Translations under genes and position numbers: made by a program
NCBI RefSeq assembly: GCF_006345805.1
Contig: NC_043005.1
Location: 41,726,001-41,790,000, forward strand
Source: Octopus sinensis
Lineage: Eukaryota
Direction of reading: 5' to 3'
DNA length: 64,000 bases
Notes under the pieces: model-generated
Databases searched by the model: none
What the model saw: only the letters and a program-made list of their open reading frames with translations
What the model was told of the DNA's origin: nothing
Part shown: piece by piece, positions 25,291 through 39,871 of the stretch
How positions within the stretch are numbered: position 1 is the first letter of the stretch
Layout: each line of letters starts with the position of its first letter

Positions 25291-26722
25291 ATAAAGCCAT
25301 AAATTCCTTAGCAGTACCAAATGCATATAATAAGGTTTTAGCCATAAATTCCTTAGCAGTACCAGTTGTTCTTTATAGCTTCAATGTGCTTAACTGGAAT
25401 ACCAGTGAAATAATGAAAATTGACAGAAAAATCCGCAAGCTACTGACTTGTAATAAGATGCACCATCCAAAGGCAGACGTGGATCCGCTTTATCTTCCCA
25501 GAGCTCAGGGAAGTCGAGGTTTGATCCAACTTGAACTTACATACAAAACCACCACAATCGGACTGGCCAAATACCTTGAAGCAACCAACGATTGGATGCT
25601 AAAACTTGTTGAAAAACATGAAAGACCTAAAAACTTCACTCTATTCTCAAAGAGAGCACAAAATTCGCTGCTGATCTCTTAGATACCCACCAGATTGAGC
25701 AGCCTGAAGGAAATGCGCCAACTACAGCTACAAGGAAAATAAAATTAATTGCAAAGACAAAAGCACATGAACATTTAGCTAGCAGATGGGAACAGAAACC
25801 TCTCCATGGCAAGTATGTGACCCGCAGCAAACAAGCTGATGTCGACCAGAAACACACGCAGCAATGGTTACGAGGCTCAGGGCTAAAAGCAGAGAGTGAA
25901 GGTTTCATACTAGCTGCTCAAGACCAAAGCTTATTAACCCGGAACTACCAAGCCAATGTGATGAAAAATGGAGCTGACCCAAAATGCCGATTCTGTAACG
26001 ATGAGATTGAAACAATAGACCACCTAATCTCAGGGTGTAGAGTCTTAGCACCTGCAGAGAATAAAGCAAGACATGACAGAGTCGGCCAGTATTTACATTG
26101 GACAATATGTCGGCATTATAAAATCAAAACCGCTTACAAATGGTATAAACATCATCTTGAAGCTGTGACTGAGGGAGAAAATGTGTCGATTCTATGGGAC
26201 TTCCCCGTGCAGACCGACAGGACTATATAAGCTAATAAACCGGATATAATTATAAAAGATCAGACAAAAAGGATGTGTTTATTAATTGACATGAGTATTC
26301 CCTGTGATCACAATATAGCGGCGAAAGAATTTGACAAGATTAGTAAATATAAAGATCTGCTAATAGAAATTGAAAAAATGTGGCATCTCAAGGTGACTAC
26401 AGTACCAGTGATTGTAGGATCTCTAGGAATGATAAATAATGTACTGAAACCTATCTGAAAATGATTCCAGGCTTACCATCCCTACAGGAAGTGCAACAAA
26501 TCGTATTAACTGGAACGGCTCATGTACTGAGAAGAGCACTATTGCTGTGAAAATAAAATCCATCCATGAATTTATTTATTTATTAATTTTTAAGTACATA
26601 TTTTATCTGTGAATTTGCGCGTGTAATCTGGGAATGCATACAATGCCCTTCTCTGCCCTAGGTGTATGGAAAACACTCGGCGAGAAAGGGAAGAAAATTT
26701 GAAAAAAAGAAGGAAAAAACAT
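25291..26722 (+). mobile_element. R4/Dong-clade non-LTR retrotransposon, 3' half
   Basis: INSLAVPVV, LYLPR..RGL, AAQDQSL, CRFC..ETIDHLISGC (CCHC), KPDII..D..K.SKY.DL (restriction-like endonuclease); ends in (TAA)n. Confidence 0.9.
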
Positions 26723-26736
26723 GATAATAATAATAA

Positions 26737-26795
<59 letters not shown>

Positions 26796-26811
26796 TAATA
26801 ATAATAATTAT

Positions 26812-27325
26812 AAACGCCCTGATGTAGTACCAGGAGTGTCTATTGTGGCTTCTGATCTTAACTGAGTGAAAGTGTTATCATGTACATTGTTTTGTTTTGG
26901 TATAAAAGATGGGCTACAGCAAATATTCTTCTCAGTACCACAGATTTGCTTGTCCCTTAGTGGCGGACGATATGTGCATCTCTGATCACGAGCAGAAATA
27001 GTGGGGGAGTATCATAGCCATGTGTTGAGAGAGATTCTTTTGGGTTTGAATAATTCACCTCTGGAAACATGGGTGTTTCATTCAACATCCTTATTCAGGG
27101 ACTTTTAAGCGGGATGGGTTACTCGACCAGAAGAAAATTCTAACTGGGCCCCACCTGCAAGGTCATGTGCTGTTTATCTTGATATGAGATCACCATGTCA
27201 CGCACATATGGTTGTGATGCATGTGCCTAGTGTACTCTTATCAAACAGGTAGTCATGATGAGTATACTGGACTTCGTATATTTTACCCCAGTGTCACTTT
27301 GATGGCATGCTCTGCTCTCTTACTC
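26812..27325 (+). repeat. TAA-embedded non-coding repeat, copy with a small internal deletion
   Basis: Homologous to 39286-39843; (TAA)n on both sides. Confidence 0.85.
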
Positions 27326-27368
<43 letters not shown>

Positions 27369-27409
27369 TAATAATAATAAGAGTAATAATAATAATAATA
27401 ATCTTTCCT

Positions 27410-27950
27410 GCTGTGGGCACAAAGCCTGAAATTTCAAAGGAGAGGACTAGCCGATTACATCAACCCCAGGGTTTCTCTAGTACTTAATTCATCGACCGCT
27501 AAATGATGAAAGGCAAAGTCCACCTCGTCGGAATTTGGACACAGAGCGTAACGGCAGACCTATTTCTTTACTACCCACAAGGGGCTAAACACTGAGAGGA
27601 CAAACAAGGACAGACAAACGGATCAAGTCGATTATATCGACCCCATTGCGTAACTGGCACTTATTTAATCGACCTCGAAAGGATGCAAGGCAAAGTCGAC
27701 CTCGTCGGAATTTGAACTCAGAACGTAACGGCAGACGAAATAGGGCTACGCATTTCGCCCGGCGTGCTAATGTTTCTGCCAGCTCGGCGCTATCGCTACG
27801 TTCTGAGTTTAAATTCCGCCGAGGTCGACTTTTCCTTTCATTTTTTTAGGTTCGATAAATTAAGTACCAGTTGCGTACTGGGGTAGATCTAATCGACTGA
27901 CCCTCTCCCTAAAAAATTTCGGGCCTTGTGCCTAGAGTAAAGAAGAATAA
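27410..27950. mobile_element. SINE family B cluster (tandem minus units plus a plus copy)
   Basis: Repeated GGCAAAGTCGACCTCG..GAATTTGAACTCAGA motifs. Confidence 0.8.
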
Positions 27951-27970
27951 TATTTATTATTATTAATATA

Positions 27971-28041
<71 letters not shown>

Positions 28042-28586
28042 TGTAACAATAACAAGCAACATTGATAAAACACTGGTACAATAATAAATCACAGATATAA
28101 CCGCATTATCGTTAGAGACAAAGTGGTAGAAAAACAGATGTAACGAATATTAGAGTTATGCTCAAAGAGTATGTAAGTGAAAGTAAACACACAACATATA
28201 GTCAGTAAAGAGGTGAGCTATACGAAAAACACATGAATAATATATTTTATGAATACAAACAACGTTTACAATTACGAAGATAAATGAATTAAAACGTGTT
28301 CAGAAAATTTTTACTTTCTGTGCGTAGCATTTTTTCCTTCTAGCGATATGCTAACATGTTATGTTTCCTGTACTTAGTCATCTTAACGGTATGTTTTACG
28401 AACGTTGTCACTGCTGCTACAAACATTTCTTATAAACCAAAATGTTCCGTAATTGTTCAACATGTGTATGCCAAACGAAGTTCAGTTTCTTTCCAATAAC
28501 TGCGGACTTTGCTGTATGGTTAAAAACTTTCCATTCCAACCACGTAATTTCTGAGTTCAGACTCACTGTGTGGCACCTAAAAAAAT

Positions 28587-28881
28587 GCATTTATTCGAAC
28601 AAACATTTGTTTCGACTTCAAGCTGCACTGCTCCCTAGCGAGCGTGGAACAATGCAATTGCAAAAGAGCACACATGCATCCGAAATGCTAGAATCTCTCA
28701 ATACCACCATTCATCCTGTTGCGAAATTGAAATGTAAATCTGTGAACTCAGAATAAACATATTATGCCAGCTGAAGAGGCTCTTTTGCACTGTGCGTTGC
28801 ATCTAGTGTTATTGCATCATTCCACGCCCAATAGAGAGCAGTACAACTTGAAGCCGAAACAATTTTTGTACTAATAAAAGC
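28587..28881. repeat. Diverged inverted repeat (arms 28587-28669 and 28779-28881) with an HHR-like core
   Basis: Both arms carry GCTCTTTTGCA..TTCCACGC..GAGCAGT.CA.CTTGAAG.CGAAACAA..AATAAA. Confidence 0.7.
28769..28872 (+). ncRNA. HHR-like motif, intact core, weak stem I
   Basis: AG CTGAAGA GGCT..AGCC GAAA C AATTTTT G TA CT. Confidence 0.5.
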
Positions 28882-28929
28882 TTTTTGCAATACTCCGTCT
28901 TCACACACACACACACACACACACACATA

Positions 28930-29135
28930 TTCTTTTATTGTTTTACTTGTTCACTCGTTTGACTGCAGCCAAGCTGGGACATCGCCTTTGGTCAAGCACA
29001 TCGACCCCAGGACTTATTACTTGTAAGCCTAATACTTATTCTATCGGTCTCTTTTGTGAAGCGCTAATATTATGGGGACGTAAACAAACCAGCATAGGTT
29101 ATCAAGCGATCTTGGGGGGTACAAACACAGACACG
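28930..29135 (-). mobile_element. SINE family A, 3' half
   Basis: Reverse complement of the family A tail. Confidence 0.75.
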
Positions 29136-29594
29136 CAAAGATACACACACACATACACATATGTATACACCACACACATACACACATATATATATACATA
29201 TGGAGTTAAACTCAGGGGTTATTCTAATATTTTTACTTCCGACATATGTTTCGAAGAAAACATTGCTATTATTCCAGAAGGAATAAAATGGTGTAAAACA
29301 ATGCAATCTTCTCATCAAGGAAGGAAAGAAACCAAATACATCAATAAGGCATTTTAACAGATTGTGATGACTGCGTGTATGATGAAGGGAACGCTAGTAA
29401 GTAATTTAAAAAAAAAAACCTTAGTAGATTTAACGTCAAAGGTAGTTTAAAGAAAGAGGAGGAGAAAGAAATTAGCAGAAAACTAATAGTGGAGAGATAT
29501 AGAGCGATAGGTGAATAGGAATAAAGCATAAAGTCTTGGAAGTAGATATATCTAGTGGAAGTGTAATGTATGTATGAATCTATCTATCTATCTG

Positions 29595-29669
<75 letters not shown>

Positions 29670-31739
29670 ATCTATATCTATATATATGTATGTATATATG
29701 CATATATGCACATGCGTATATACATATACATGCATACATACATACATACATACATACATACATACATACATACATACATACATACATACTTACATATATA
29801 TAATGGCGGTGCCCCAGCATGGCCACAGCTTGTGAGCTGAAACTAGATAAAATAAAATAAAAAATAAATAAAATATATATACAATCATATGATAATGACA
29901 TTTGTCTGAAATATATAAAACAAATATAGACATATCAAGAGATATTCTCGGCAAAATAACAATTGTATATAAATGTAAAATTTTATATATTTAAATTCTG
30001 AGGGGACCGCTGGAACACTCAACATGTGCATGCGCGCCTGTGTGTGTATGTCTGTGTATGTATGTGTGTGAGTGAGTGAGTGAGTGAGTGAGTGAGTGAG
30101 TGAGTGAGTGAGTGTTTGCGCGCGTGTGTAGCCGTGAAAGTAAACGTGTGAGTATCCAGAAAAATAGAGAATGTGAAAGAATAAGTTAGAGACGCCGAAC
30201 GTCCATAACTGAAACGTATGACGAACTATTATAGAAATATAGCGAGAGAGAGAGAGAAAGAGAGAGGCGTATGAAGATGGTGAGCAAAAAGATATATAAA
30301 CAGAGGGGGGCGGAGAGTGGTGGAGAAGGAATAATGAGATGAATAGCATTTTGGATAAAATATTTTAATTGATAGACTGGGCATGTCGTCGATATCTACC
30401 ATTAAACGTGGATTTTTCACATTGACAGTAGTATTAACATTGCCATTATTCACCGCTCTTTATATATTTTCTGTTTTTACTTTCCTCTCACTATCCACAT
30501 CAAATCTCCTCACATTTATAAATGTGGTGCAATAGTTTCCTTTCCCTCCTCTAACTTTACATTGAGAAGTTCCCGGTGAGATTAAGGAACAGTGACTACT
30601 GCACTGATTTGTTGCATAGCATCTTACAGCTCTTTAAGAGACAACTGAATAGCTAATAAACAGTTCGATAAAGTACAGTTGACCCCGATTGTCAGATGCA
30701 TACATCATTCAAAGCCTTTCAGCAGAGCTATGGCTGTTACTGAAACTCAGCTGGAATTACTATAGCTATTCGGCAATCAGCTAGTTCGCTTTTCAAAACA
30801 ATCGCATTATATTTGCTCAAATTATTCCATGTTTCTTCAAGGAGTTATGAAAACAAAACAAAAAAAAAGAAAGTATACAAAGTTTTAATGATTGTATTTC
30901 ATTTACATTATCAAGTACGAATATGATTATTTCTTCCTACATCTTTTAATGAGCCTGTAACTGTGGTGTACAATAAAAATCAGTACGTATCACGGCATTG
31001 AAGAACCTTTACGAACGTTTACTAATACGAACATCTCTACACCCTTAAATCTTTTGTTGTAATACATTTCTTAATGCTATATTTCATAATGTTTTGTTTC
31101 TTAAATCTTTTCAGATCTCTGACAATGCAGTTCTTTGTTGTTTCAAGTGTAACTAAATAATTTAGTGTTAGAACTGGAACAGAACTGTGACGAAAAAAGG
31201 AAAAGAGATAAATTGAATGTTACGGAGTATTTGAGTATATAAAGATTATCAGCTAGTAAGAGATGTTTGTTTACAGTTTCGTGTACAACGCTTACTCGCA
31301 AACAAAACAATGTCAGTGTGAATATCTGAAAATGTTACGAATAAATTAAGTGTACACATGTTGTCACATGTACCATACGACAGTTATCAAAATAGCACAC
31401 ATACATCATCACAAGTAGTCCACATACGTCATTATAAGAAGTCTACACATGTCCTGACACGAAAACTAGGTAAATCCTTGTTTGTTTGTTGTGTAGATGA
31501 GAAAAAGAATAATATCCAGAACCTAAGTGATGAACTGATAGAAACATCCTTCCTAATTATTACTGTATTGCTAACACAGACAGAAATACAAGTAGGCAAT
31601 TTTCGGTTTGTATCACATCAGGTGCTATTTTTATTCCTACAGATACAGGTAAAATATAAATATGGTCATTAACTTATGAAGTGCGTAGAAAAATATAAAT
31701 TTAACACAGTAGGCACAGTTTAATTTTGTGAAAGTTGTA

Positions 31740-32250
31740 CGAGGGTGAGCGGAAAAGTTCATAGGTTGACTATGGAAGAGTTATGCTAGAGCTGTGAAAT
31801 CTTGCATGGGTTAGTTTCATCTAGGCGTGTTAATAACTGTATTTTGTTGATAACTGATATTTGACAATTCAAAGAAGATTTCAAACATAACTAGTAGACT
31901 TCTCTTGGAAATGGACAAAATTTGGTACCGCAGTGTTATCAAGTACCGGCAGAAAAAAATGGTTTTGTCCACAGGTCATTCATACTGACATGGTTGCTAC
32001 GTTAGGGGATGATACCCCAGCTTTATGGACAATGTAAAAGTGGGCAGCTAGATTAAGGAGGGGAAAAGAGAGTCTTGAAGTTGACCGAAGGTCTGGATAT
32101 CCTGCAACTGCCACTACTGAGAAAAACATTGATAGTGTTCACCACACTGTGTTAGGCAATCAGTGATTGACTATAAATCAAATAACCAAATCTATTAGCA
32201 TATCCAGTGGGAGTGTTGAGAATAGTGAGCACAATGAACTTAGCTAAAAT
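31740..32250 (+). mobile_element. Mariner transposon 5' fragment
   Basis: TA-CGAGGG terminus; MDKIWYRSVIKY..KWAA..RG.ESLE..RSG.P helix-turn-helix region. Confidence 0.8.
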
Positions 32251-32306
32251 AGCGAAAGGAGACCATAATAAACATAATAATAATAATGATGATGATGATG
32301 ATGATG

Positions 32307-32360
<54 letters not shown>

Positions 32361-32363
<3 letters not shown>

Positions 32364-32735
32364 TCTTTCTAATTGATGTATCAATACCGGCAGATGACAA
32401 CGTGTCTCTAAAAGAAATGGAGAAACTCTCAAAATACAAAGACCTGGAAATAGAGGTAACTAGAATGTGGAACCTGAAAACAGAAACAATTCCTATCATA
32501 GTAGGTGCATTAGGCATGATAAAAAAATATTCAGACAAATACATAACAAAAACACCAGGACTTACAAACACATATAACATACAGAAAATTGCACTACTAG
32601 GCACTGCACACATCCTACGCAGAACACTTTCTATACAATAACCATCAGAGCATCACAACAAATCACAGCACATACCCAAGGCACACAGACCTGCGCTCGG
32701 TAGTGAAGTGAAAGCACGCTATAAAAATAAAACTA

Positions 32736-32740
<5 letters not shown>
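32361..32740 (+). mobile_element. R4/Dong 3' fragment flanked by (AAT)n
   Basis: FLIDVSIP.D.NV..KE.EKLSKYKDL.IE..RMW..IPIIVGALG..GTAHILRR. Confidence 0.9.
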
Positions 32741-32820
<80 letters not shown>

Positions 32821-33234
32821 TAACAACAACAACAGTAATATTACAGACCAAGGTGAATTGCATCATTTCAAGGCCAAGGTCAGCGCTCTCATTGATCGCT
32901 AGTCTCTGCTGACCCGAAGGGTGTGAAGCCTCGTTTGTCTCCTTATCGCGCAGGAATGTCTATTGATGACCTCCTCATCATCTGCCGAATCTACTTACAG
33001 ACCTGTAGAATGTGGTCTGTTCACCAAGCTGTTACACTTCTTCCTACTATTCCCTTCAGCACTCACATATTTATGATTATCTCATGTACAAGACAACATT
33101 TGAAACTAAACAACATATAATAATACCTTTCATAATAAATGGAAATAGTAGCAGTAGGAGAAGTAGTCGTCGTAGTAGTAGTAGTTGTAGTAGTAGTAGT
33201 AGCAGCATTAATAATAATAATAATAATAATAATA

Positions 33235-33400
33235 AAGTGTTAACTGCAAATGTAAACTGACTGCATATGAAAAGAAAGAATGGTGGCAGATGACTGATTA
33301 GTATAGACCATTGTATAGGGAGTGAAAGGAAAAGGCTTGCGGAATATTCGATAAATAGTGACGAAGATCTGCTGCAATATACCGGGACCCATATTATTAT
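33235..33400 (+). mobile_element. Degenerate R4/Dong internal fragment
   Basis: KRKNGGR.LISI..EY..S.EDLLQ resembles the LYLPR..GGRGL region. Confidence 0.5.
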
Positions 33401-33490
33401 TGATAATTTTAAATGCTATAGGTAGAACGATGGTGGTAATGATAATCACTGTGGTTATAGAGGCGACACAATGCGAGCACGTTATATATA

Positions 33491-33912
33491 TAGGCGCAGG
33501 AGTGGCTGTGTGGTAAGTAGCTTGCTAACCAACCACATGGTTCCGGGTTCAGTTACACTGCGTGGCATCTTGGGCAAGTGTCTTCTGCTATAGCCCCGGG
33601 CCGACCAATGCCTTGTGAGTGGATTTGGTAGACGGAAACTGAAAGAAGCCTGTCGTATATATGTATATATATATATGTGTGTGTGTATGTGTGTGTGTGT
33701 GTGTGTTTGTCCCCCTAGCATTGCTTGACAACCGATGCTGGTGTGTTTACGTCCCCGTCACTTAGCGGTTCGGTAAAAGAGACCGATAGAATAAGTACTG
33801 GGCTTACAAAGAATAAGTCCCGGGGTCGATTTGCTTGACTAAAGGCGGTGCTCCAGCATGGCCGCAGTCAAATGACTGAAACAAGTGAAAGAGTAAAAGA
33901 GTATAAAAGAGT
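33491..33912 (+). mobile_element. SINE family A, full length
   Basis: tRNA-like head with GGTTCAG B-box, CORE-like TTGGGCAAGTGTCTT, internal microsatellite, tail GGCGGTGCTCCAGCATGGCC..GACTGAAACAAG. Confidence 0.9.
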
Positions 33913-34179
33913 ATATACATATATATATATGTGTGTGTATGTGTGTGTGTGTGTGTGCGTGTGTGTGTGTGAGTGAGTACATACATGTGCACGTATATAT
34001 ACAAATAAAGAGAGGAAGAGAGAGATGGGAACTCAATAACTGGTGGGAACCCCACGAACGACTCATGAAATCATGATGCAACTCAACAAGGAAGGAATTA
34101 ACGGTGAGAATGAAGCTATAGCCGATTATGGTGAAGGTTTCCCGCCCGGCACGTCTGAAGCCGTCCACATTAGGGGCAG

Positions 34180-34348
34180 TGATCTGGCTTCGGACTGTCG
34201 TTATATCACAATAGATCATATACACAGTTTGGTAGGGACAGTGGTAGGGAATTTGGGCTCATCGCAAGTATTATCTGTCTGAGGTCCTTGTTGTGACTTG
34301 ACAGATAACTAAAGACTCCGGTGCATTTTACCTACACAGTGTTACAAA

Positions 34349-34350
<2 letters not shown>
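34180..34350 (+). mobile_element. Possible decayed R4/Dong 3' end
   Basis: TVVGNLG and LGSSQVLSV-stop loosely resemble VIGALG and LGTA.ILR.VL; ends in (TAA)n. Confidence 0.3.
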
Positions 34351-34390
<40 letters not shown>

Positions 34391-34455
34391 TAATAATAAT
34401 AATAATAATAACAACAACAACAACAACAACAATAACAATAACAATAATAATAATA

Positions 34456-34506
<51 letters not shown>

Positions 34507-35958
34507 CGACGACGACGACGACGACGATGATGATGATGATGATGATGATAATAATAATAATAATAATAACTTGTAGAAGCAAATTGGCACTCAACCATGT
34601 TCCGAAAAGGACAAAGAATGTCGTATTATTTCTCTAAAAGAAAAATTTAGGTTAAAAGTTTTCTACTGTCGTTCAATTTTGAAAATTGCTCCCTTTTCAC
34701 TTAAAGTAATTAATGCTTTGAGAAGACAAAAAATTCTGATAGTAAGCCCTTTCTTCCGGTTAATTAACAGCCTATCTGAATATGCCACACTTAAGAGGAC
34801 AAAATAACTATAGTTCTTGATATGTGAAGTATTTAATGACTTTTTTGTCAACTACCTTTCAAGCTGGATGAGCAACATAATCAACGCTCAATACTTCTAC
34901 TGATAATTAAAATGTTTGATGAAATTCACATATGAGTTCTCAACAGCATACAGAGCCAGTTCCATGATTTTCAGCACCCTAGGCCAAAATAACATTGTGC
35001 ACTCCACCTTTCCAGTCCTAAAGTAAGCGTTCTAGGATTTTCGTATCAGAACATTTTGACCACTAACCAATCCAAAAATGTGCACCCCATTCATCAAACC
35101 CTTTATGTGGGCTTCATTCATTTCCCCCAGTTCTACAACGTGCTGTCTCATATTTGAGTTTACCACTGTGTGCTCACGAGCTATCGTCTTCACAATAGCT
35201 AAAAAAGTTTAGTTGAAAAATTCGTTAGCTTGCGCATAAGTATATAGTTTTAATATTATGAATGTTACCGAGTACCTGTTATCAGTGCAAAATTTAATGT
35301 TTCACACCAAAACATGTGATAATGTAATAAAACCACTTGGACTTGTCACCTTTCTCGACACACTGCTTTCAGGCTTAGCTTAAGGTATTTTCGCACCCGA
35401 CATCACAAAATGCGTCTGGATAAACATTGCCGGACAGCAAATAGAGACTTGGACACAGCTTAGAAAATAATTTTCATTTTTAACCTCGTCTATAGTACGC
35501 ACTAGGTATTCTGACCTTTACATTTTGTGGAAAAAATGCGGATTACACCCGAGGATTTACGGTATGCAGATATAAAAAAAAACCAGATCTGTATAAAAAG
35601 AGAGTATATGAATTGGTCAGTTCAGTTAGATTGTTCTGTTGGAGATGTTATTAAACGAATTATACAGTCTTATATGGAGAGTATTTTCCTTTCGTAAAGT
35701 ACTATAGATAAATCATTGAGTTCTACACAATCTAATTTTAAAGTTGAAAGTAAAATGTTGATTGTTGTAACCGAAACAATAAAGTCAAAACAAATTTAAT
35801 AAATACTACAAATGTCATTATATTCTCCGAGGTATGTCTTTAAGAGAGGAAACTATTAATAATATTTATTCCTTGATATATCTGTCAACATCAGCCACCA
35901 ATTTAAATTATTTTCCTATACTAGGGAAATGACTATGCTGTAAATGATTATATATATA

Positions 35959-36032
<74 letters not shown>

Positions 36033-36517
36033 ATATGTATAACATTTGCATACACTCGACTTCTAACAAAAGAATTCCTGAGCAAAGTTAACTATCAATA
36101 TTATTTCTTTGGCAAATGCATGTTTCGACTTTGCCGTTTCCTTTACTTAATGGCAATAATAAATAAATTAATTTTGACTTCATAAAAATATTAGAAGTGC
36201 TTATTGCTGAATACTTTTGCACGTAAAATGAGATCTATTATTCTGAATGCACGAAATACCAAGAAAAGAATCACTGACGCAAGTTACCTAAGGGCGAACA
36301 ACTACTACGATGAAATTATACGCCAGCGATAGCAACACGGAGTTCTCGGAGTTTTTTTTTTTTACTGGTAATTAATACTAAATATTTTAAAATAGCTCCA
36401 ACACGTATATTAATTGGAAACTGAACCTGAGTCCAAGTGTACTAAAGTTAAGATCCCGGTATTAGGAATACTGCATATCTTTGCAAACCATATTGCTAGA
36501 TTTAGTTTTACATTTAG

Positions 36518-36576
36518 GATTACAAGGGGGCTTTGTCAGCAACAAAGCAATAAACTCGATGATAGCTTTTCACTTG
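36518..36576 (+). CDS. Candidate internal exon (xLQGGFVSNKAINSMIAFHL)
   Basis: TTTAGTTTTACATTTAG acceptor, GTAATT donor; phase 1 to phase 0 frame is open (a second frame is also open). Confidence 0.45.
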
Positions 36577-38249
36577 GTAATTTCCCCGCAGAGACTAATG
36601 CATTGACAAAAGTAGTCATCCTTCAGACGAGCATATTGATCTAACCCACTAGTTCTTGCATTTGTAATATCTAAAATGTTTAAATGATGAAAATATATTT
36701 AGAAAATTCGTTTTCTTAATTCCTTTTTATTTTCCGTAAAAATTAGAATGCTTTATATCGCTATACGTCAATAACTATTAAGACGTTAAGTATAGAATTA
36801 CTTGTATTTAATAAGAGTTTCATTTTAGATTTAAAATAATGAAGGGTAAGACAAAAAAATCGAGAAACCTCTTGTAATGGAGAGGTGATAATAGTAGCTT
36901 ATATGATTTAAAATATAAGCTATTCTATTTAATTTTATCGTTACGTGTTTGATATTAAATCCTGTTGAGACTATCTATGTCTTATCTTATCCACACTGGT
37001 TTATAAATACATTAATATACTATAAATGATTCTTCTAATTCAGGAAACTTTCCGTGTAGACAAAACAAATCAATCTTCCCAATTTCCATGCAACAATTTG
37101 TCTTTGATTAAATGCTTTCCTCGGTAGTGAACAAACATATGTGCTATCCTTCCTTGATACCTAATTATGTAATAAATATACTGACGTCAAATAAATAATG
37201 ATATTTTACTTAAAGACACCTGGTTTCACAGAATTAAGTTAATTTGTTAACGATCTTTTCTCTCATACATACTTACAGCCCCATATGTGACGTTATACAT
37301 ATTTGAAGTAAAGTAACAACGTATATGTCTCATATACAATACTATATAAACAAAGATTATATGTCATTCCGGAAATTATAAATGAATTAGTAATGTACTC
37401 ATTAAAATGATGTCTCTGGGCGAAATTAACAAAACACAATATACAAACAGAATGTACAGTATATCGTAAAACATCTGTAAGTGATTTTATAAGAATTGTA
37501 CATATATTCTAGCTTTATTTTTCAAATTTTATGCAGCAGAGAAAGAGCAACTCTCCACTCACAAATAGAATTCTTCCTTAGAATTTAGTCAACATTAAGT
37601 TAGTAGTTATTATATGCATAATATTTGTTCCTCTGATTTGAGCTCCAGAGGTTATTTAACGGATCCTCAGCCCAATGAAAGGATTGTGTAGAAAGTATAT
37701 TTTAATAAAGTGAATCTTGTTCCTTTGGATATCATTTCCACAACTTTTCACTCTTCAAATTGTAGAAACGTCTTGTAGATTTTTATTGACTTAGATGTCG
37801 AAGATATCTAAGTTAATTATCTCTCAATGGAACTATACATTTTTCTTAAAAAAAAGAAGCAGTAAAAAAAAACACATTTTCAAATATTTTTTGAATCCCG
37901 TGCGAGTTGGTGCATATTCTGTTGATCTAAAATAATTGGATGTGTATTTTAAGTACTAGCTTTGTAAACCCTTTCTCATACATGTCTTTCGTATTTCCCA
38001 CCACTGCTGACCTCTAGAAGTTACTCTACTTTTAAAACATGACATACATTTTGTTGTCTCAAAGGAAAACAAAAATACCCAGTCAGTTGTGCTTTAATTC
38101 CGTTGTGTTTAATTCAGTAGTTACTCATAATTTTTTGCGTTTGGGTCCAGCGATATACTTTTGACTCTTAAACTTTGGTTGTTATTTTAGTATCACTCTG
38201 TTCTTGATTGCTTAAGTCTCCATTTCGATACCTTTTGTGTCTCGTGCAG

Positions 38250-38291
38250 AAGGAACATGATGGCGATTTATTTCTCCAGAATTGCCTAGAG
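38250..38291 (+). CDS. Candidate internal exon (KEHDGDLFLQNCLE)
   Basis: CCTTTTGTGTCTCGTGCAG acceptor, GAG|GTAATG donor; only phase 0 is open. Confidence 0.5.
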
Positions 38292-38370
38292 GTAATGTTT
38301 CAAATGAGACGATATAAAGTTGTGAGTTCGACTTGTCAAGTTTCTACTATGATTCATGCCATATGTAGAC

Positions 38371-38755
38371 TATTCTTTTACTTGTTTCAGTCACTTGACA
38401 GGGGCCATGCTGTAGCACCGCCTTTAGTCGAACAAATTGAGCCCAGGACTTAACCTTTGTAAGCCTAGACCATATTCTATCGTTCTCTTTTGCCGAATCG
38501 CTAAGTTACGGGGACGTAAGTACACCAACAGCGGTTGTCAAGCGATGGTGTGGGGGAACAAACAGAGACTCATAAATACATACATATATATATATATATG
38601 CGACGGGCTTCTTTCAGTTTCCATCTACCAAATCCACTTAGAAGGGTTTGGTCGGCGCGAGGCTATAGTAGAAGACACTTGTCCAAGATGCCACGCAGCG
38701 GGACTGAACCCGTAATCATGTGGTTGAGAAGCAAACTTCTTACCACACAGCCACA
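38371..38755 (-). mobile_element. SINE family A, near full length
   Basis: Reverse complement of the 33491 copy. Confidence 0.9.
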
Positions 38756-39039
38756 AGTCTGTATTATTTGTATCATAAATATTCATGCACAACATACTCA
38801 ATGGACTAGCCTACGTTTATTCTGGCTCTGCTGCTGTGTTAAGATAGAACTTTCAGTCTTCCTCGGAGAGAGATCAGTATGAATTTATTTTTGTGTTTCG
38901 CCTGATCCATATTAGCCATCCTAACGAGGATTTTATTTCCCTGTTGGGTTTTTTTCTGCGTAATCTGTCTCCATTCGCAATAACGGTGAAACTTTCAGGC
39001 GTGGATGTTTGATAAAAGTTGCTTCCCAAGTACATGACT

Positions 39040-39155
39040 CTAGGTTTAGTCCCATTGCGTGGCACCTTGGGCAAGTCAAGTGTGTTCTACCATAATCCCG
39101 GGCCGACCAAAGCCTTGTGATTGGATTAGGTAGACGGAAACTGAAAGAAGCCCGT
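39040..39155 (+). mobile_element. SINE family A fragment
   Basis: GCGTGGCACCTTGGGCAAG..GGAAACTGAAAGAAGCC. Confidence 0.75.
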
Positions 39156-39162
39156 AATGTAT

Positions 39163-39843
<681 letters not shown>

Positions 39844-39871
39844 ATAATAATAATAATAATCATTATTATTA

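Noticed and set aside
34900-35560. Possible pogo- or piggyBac-like relic (TACCGTAAATCCTCG terminus-like word)
   Set aside because: No second terminus and no convincing catalytic motif, so it cannot be classified.
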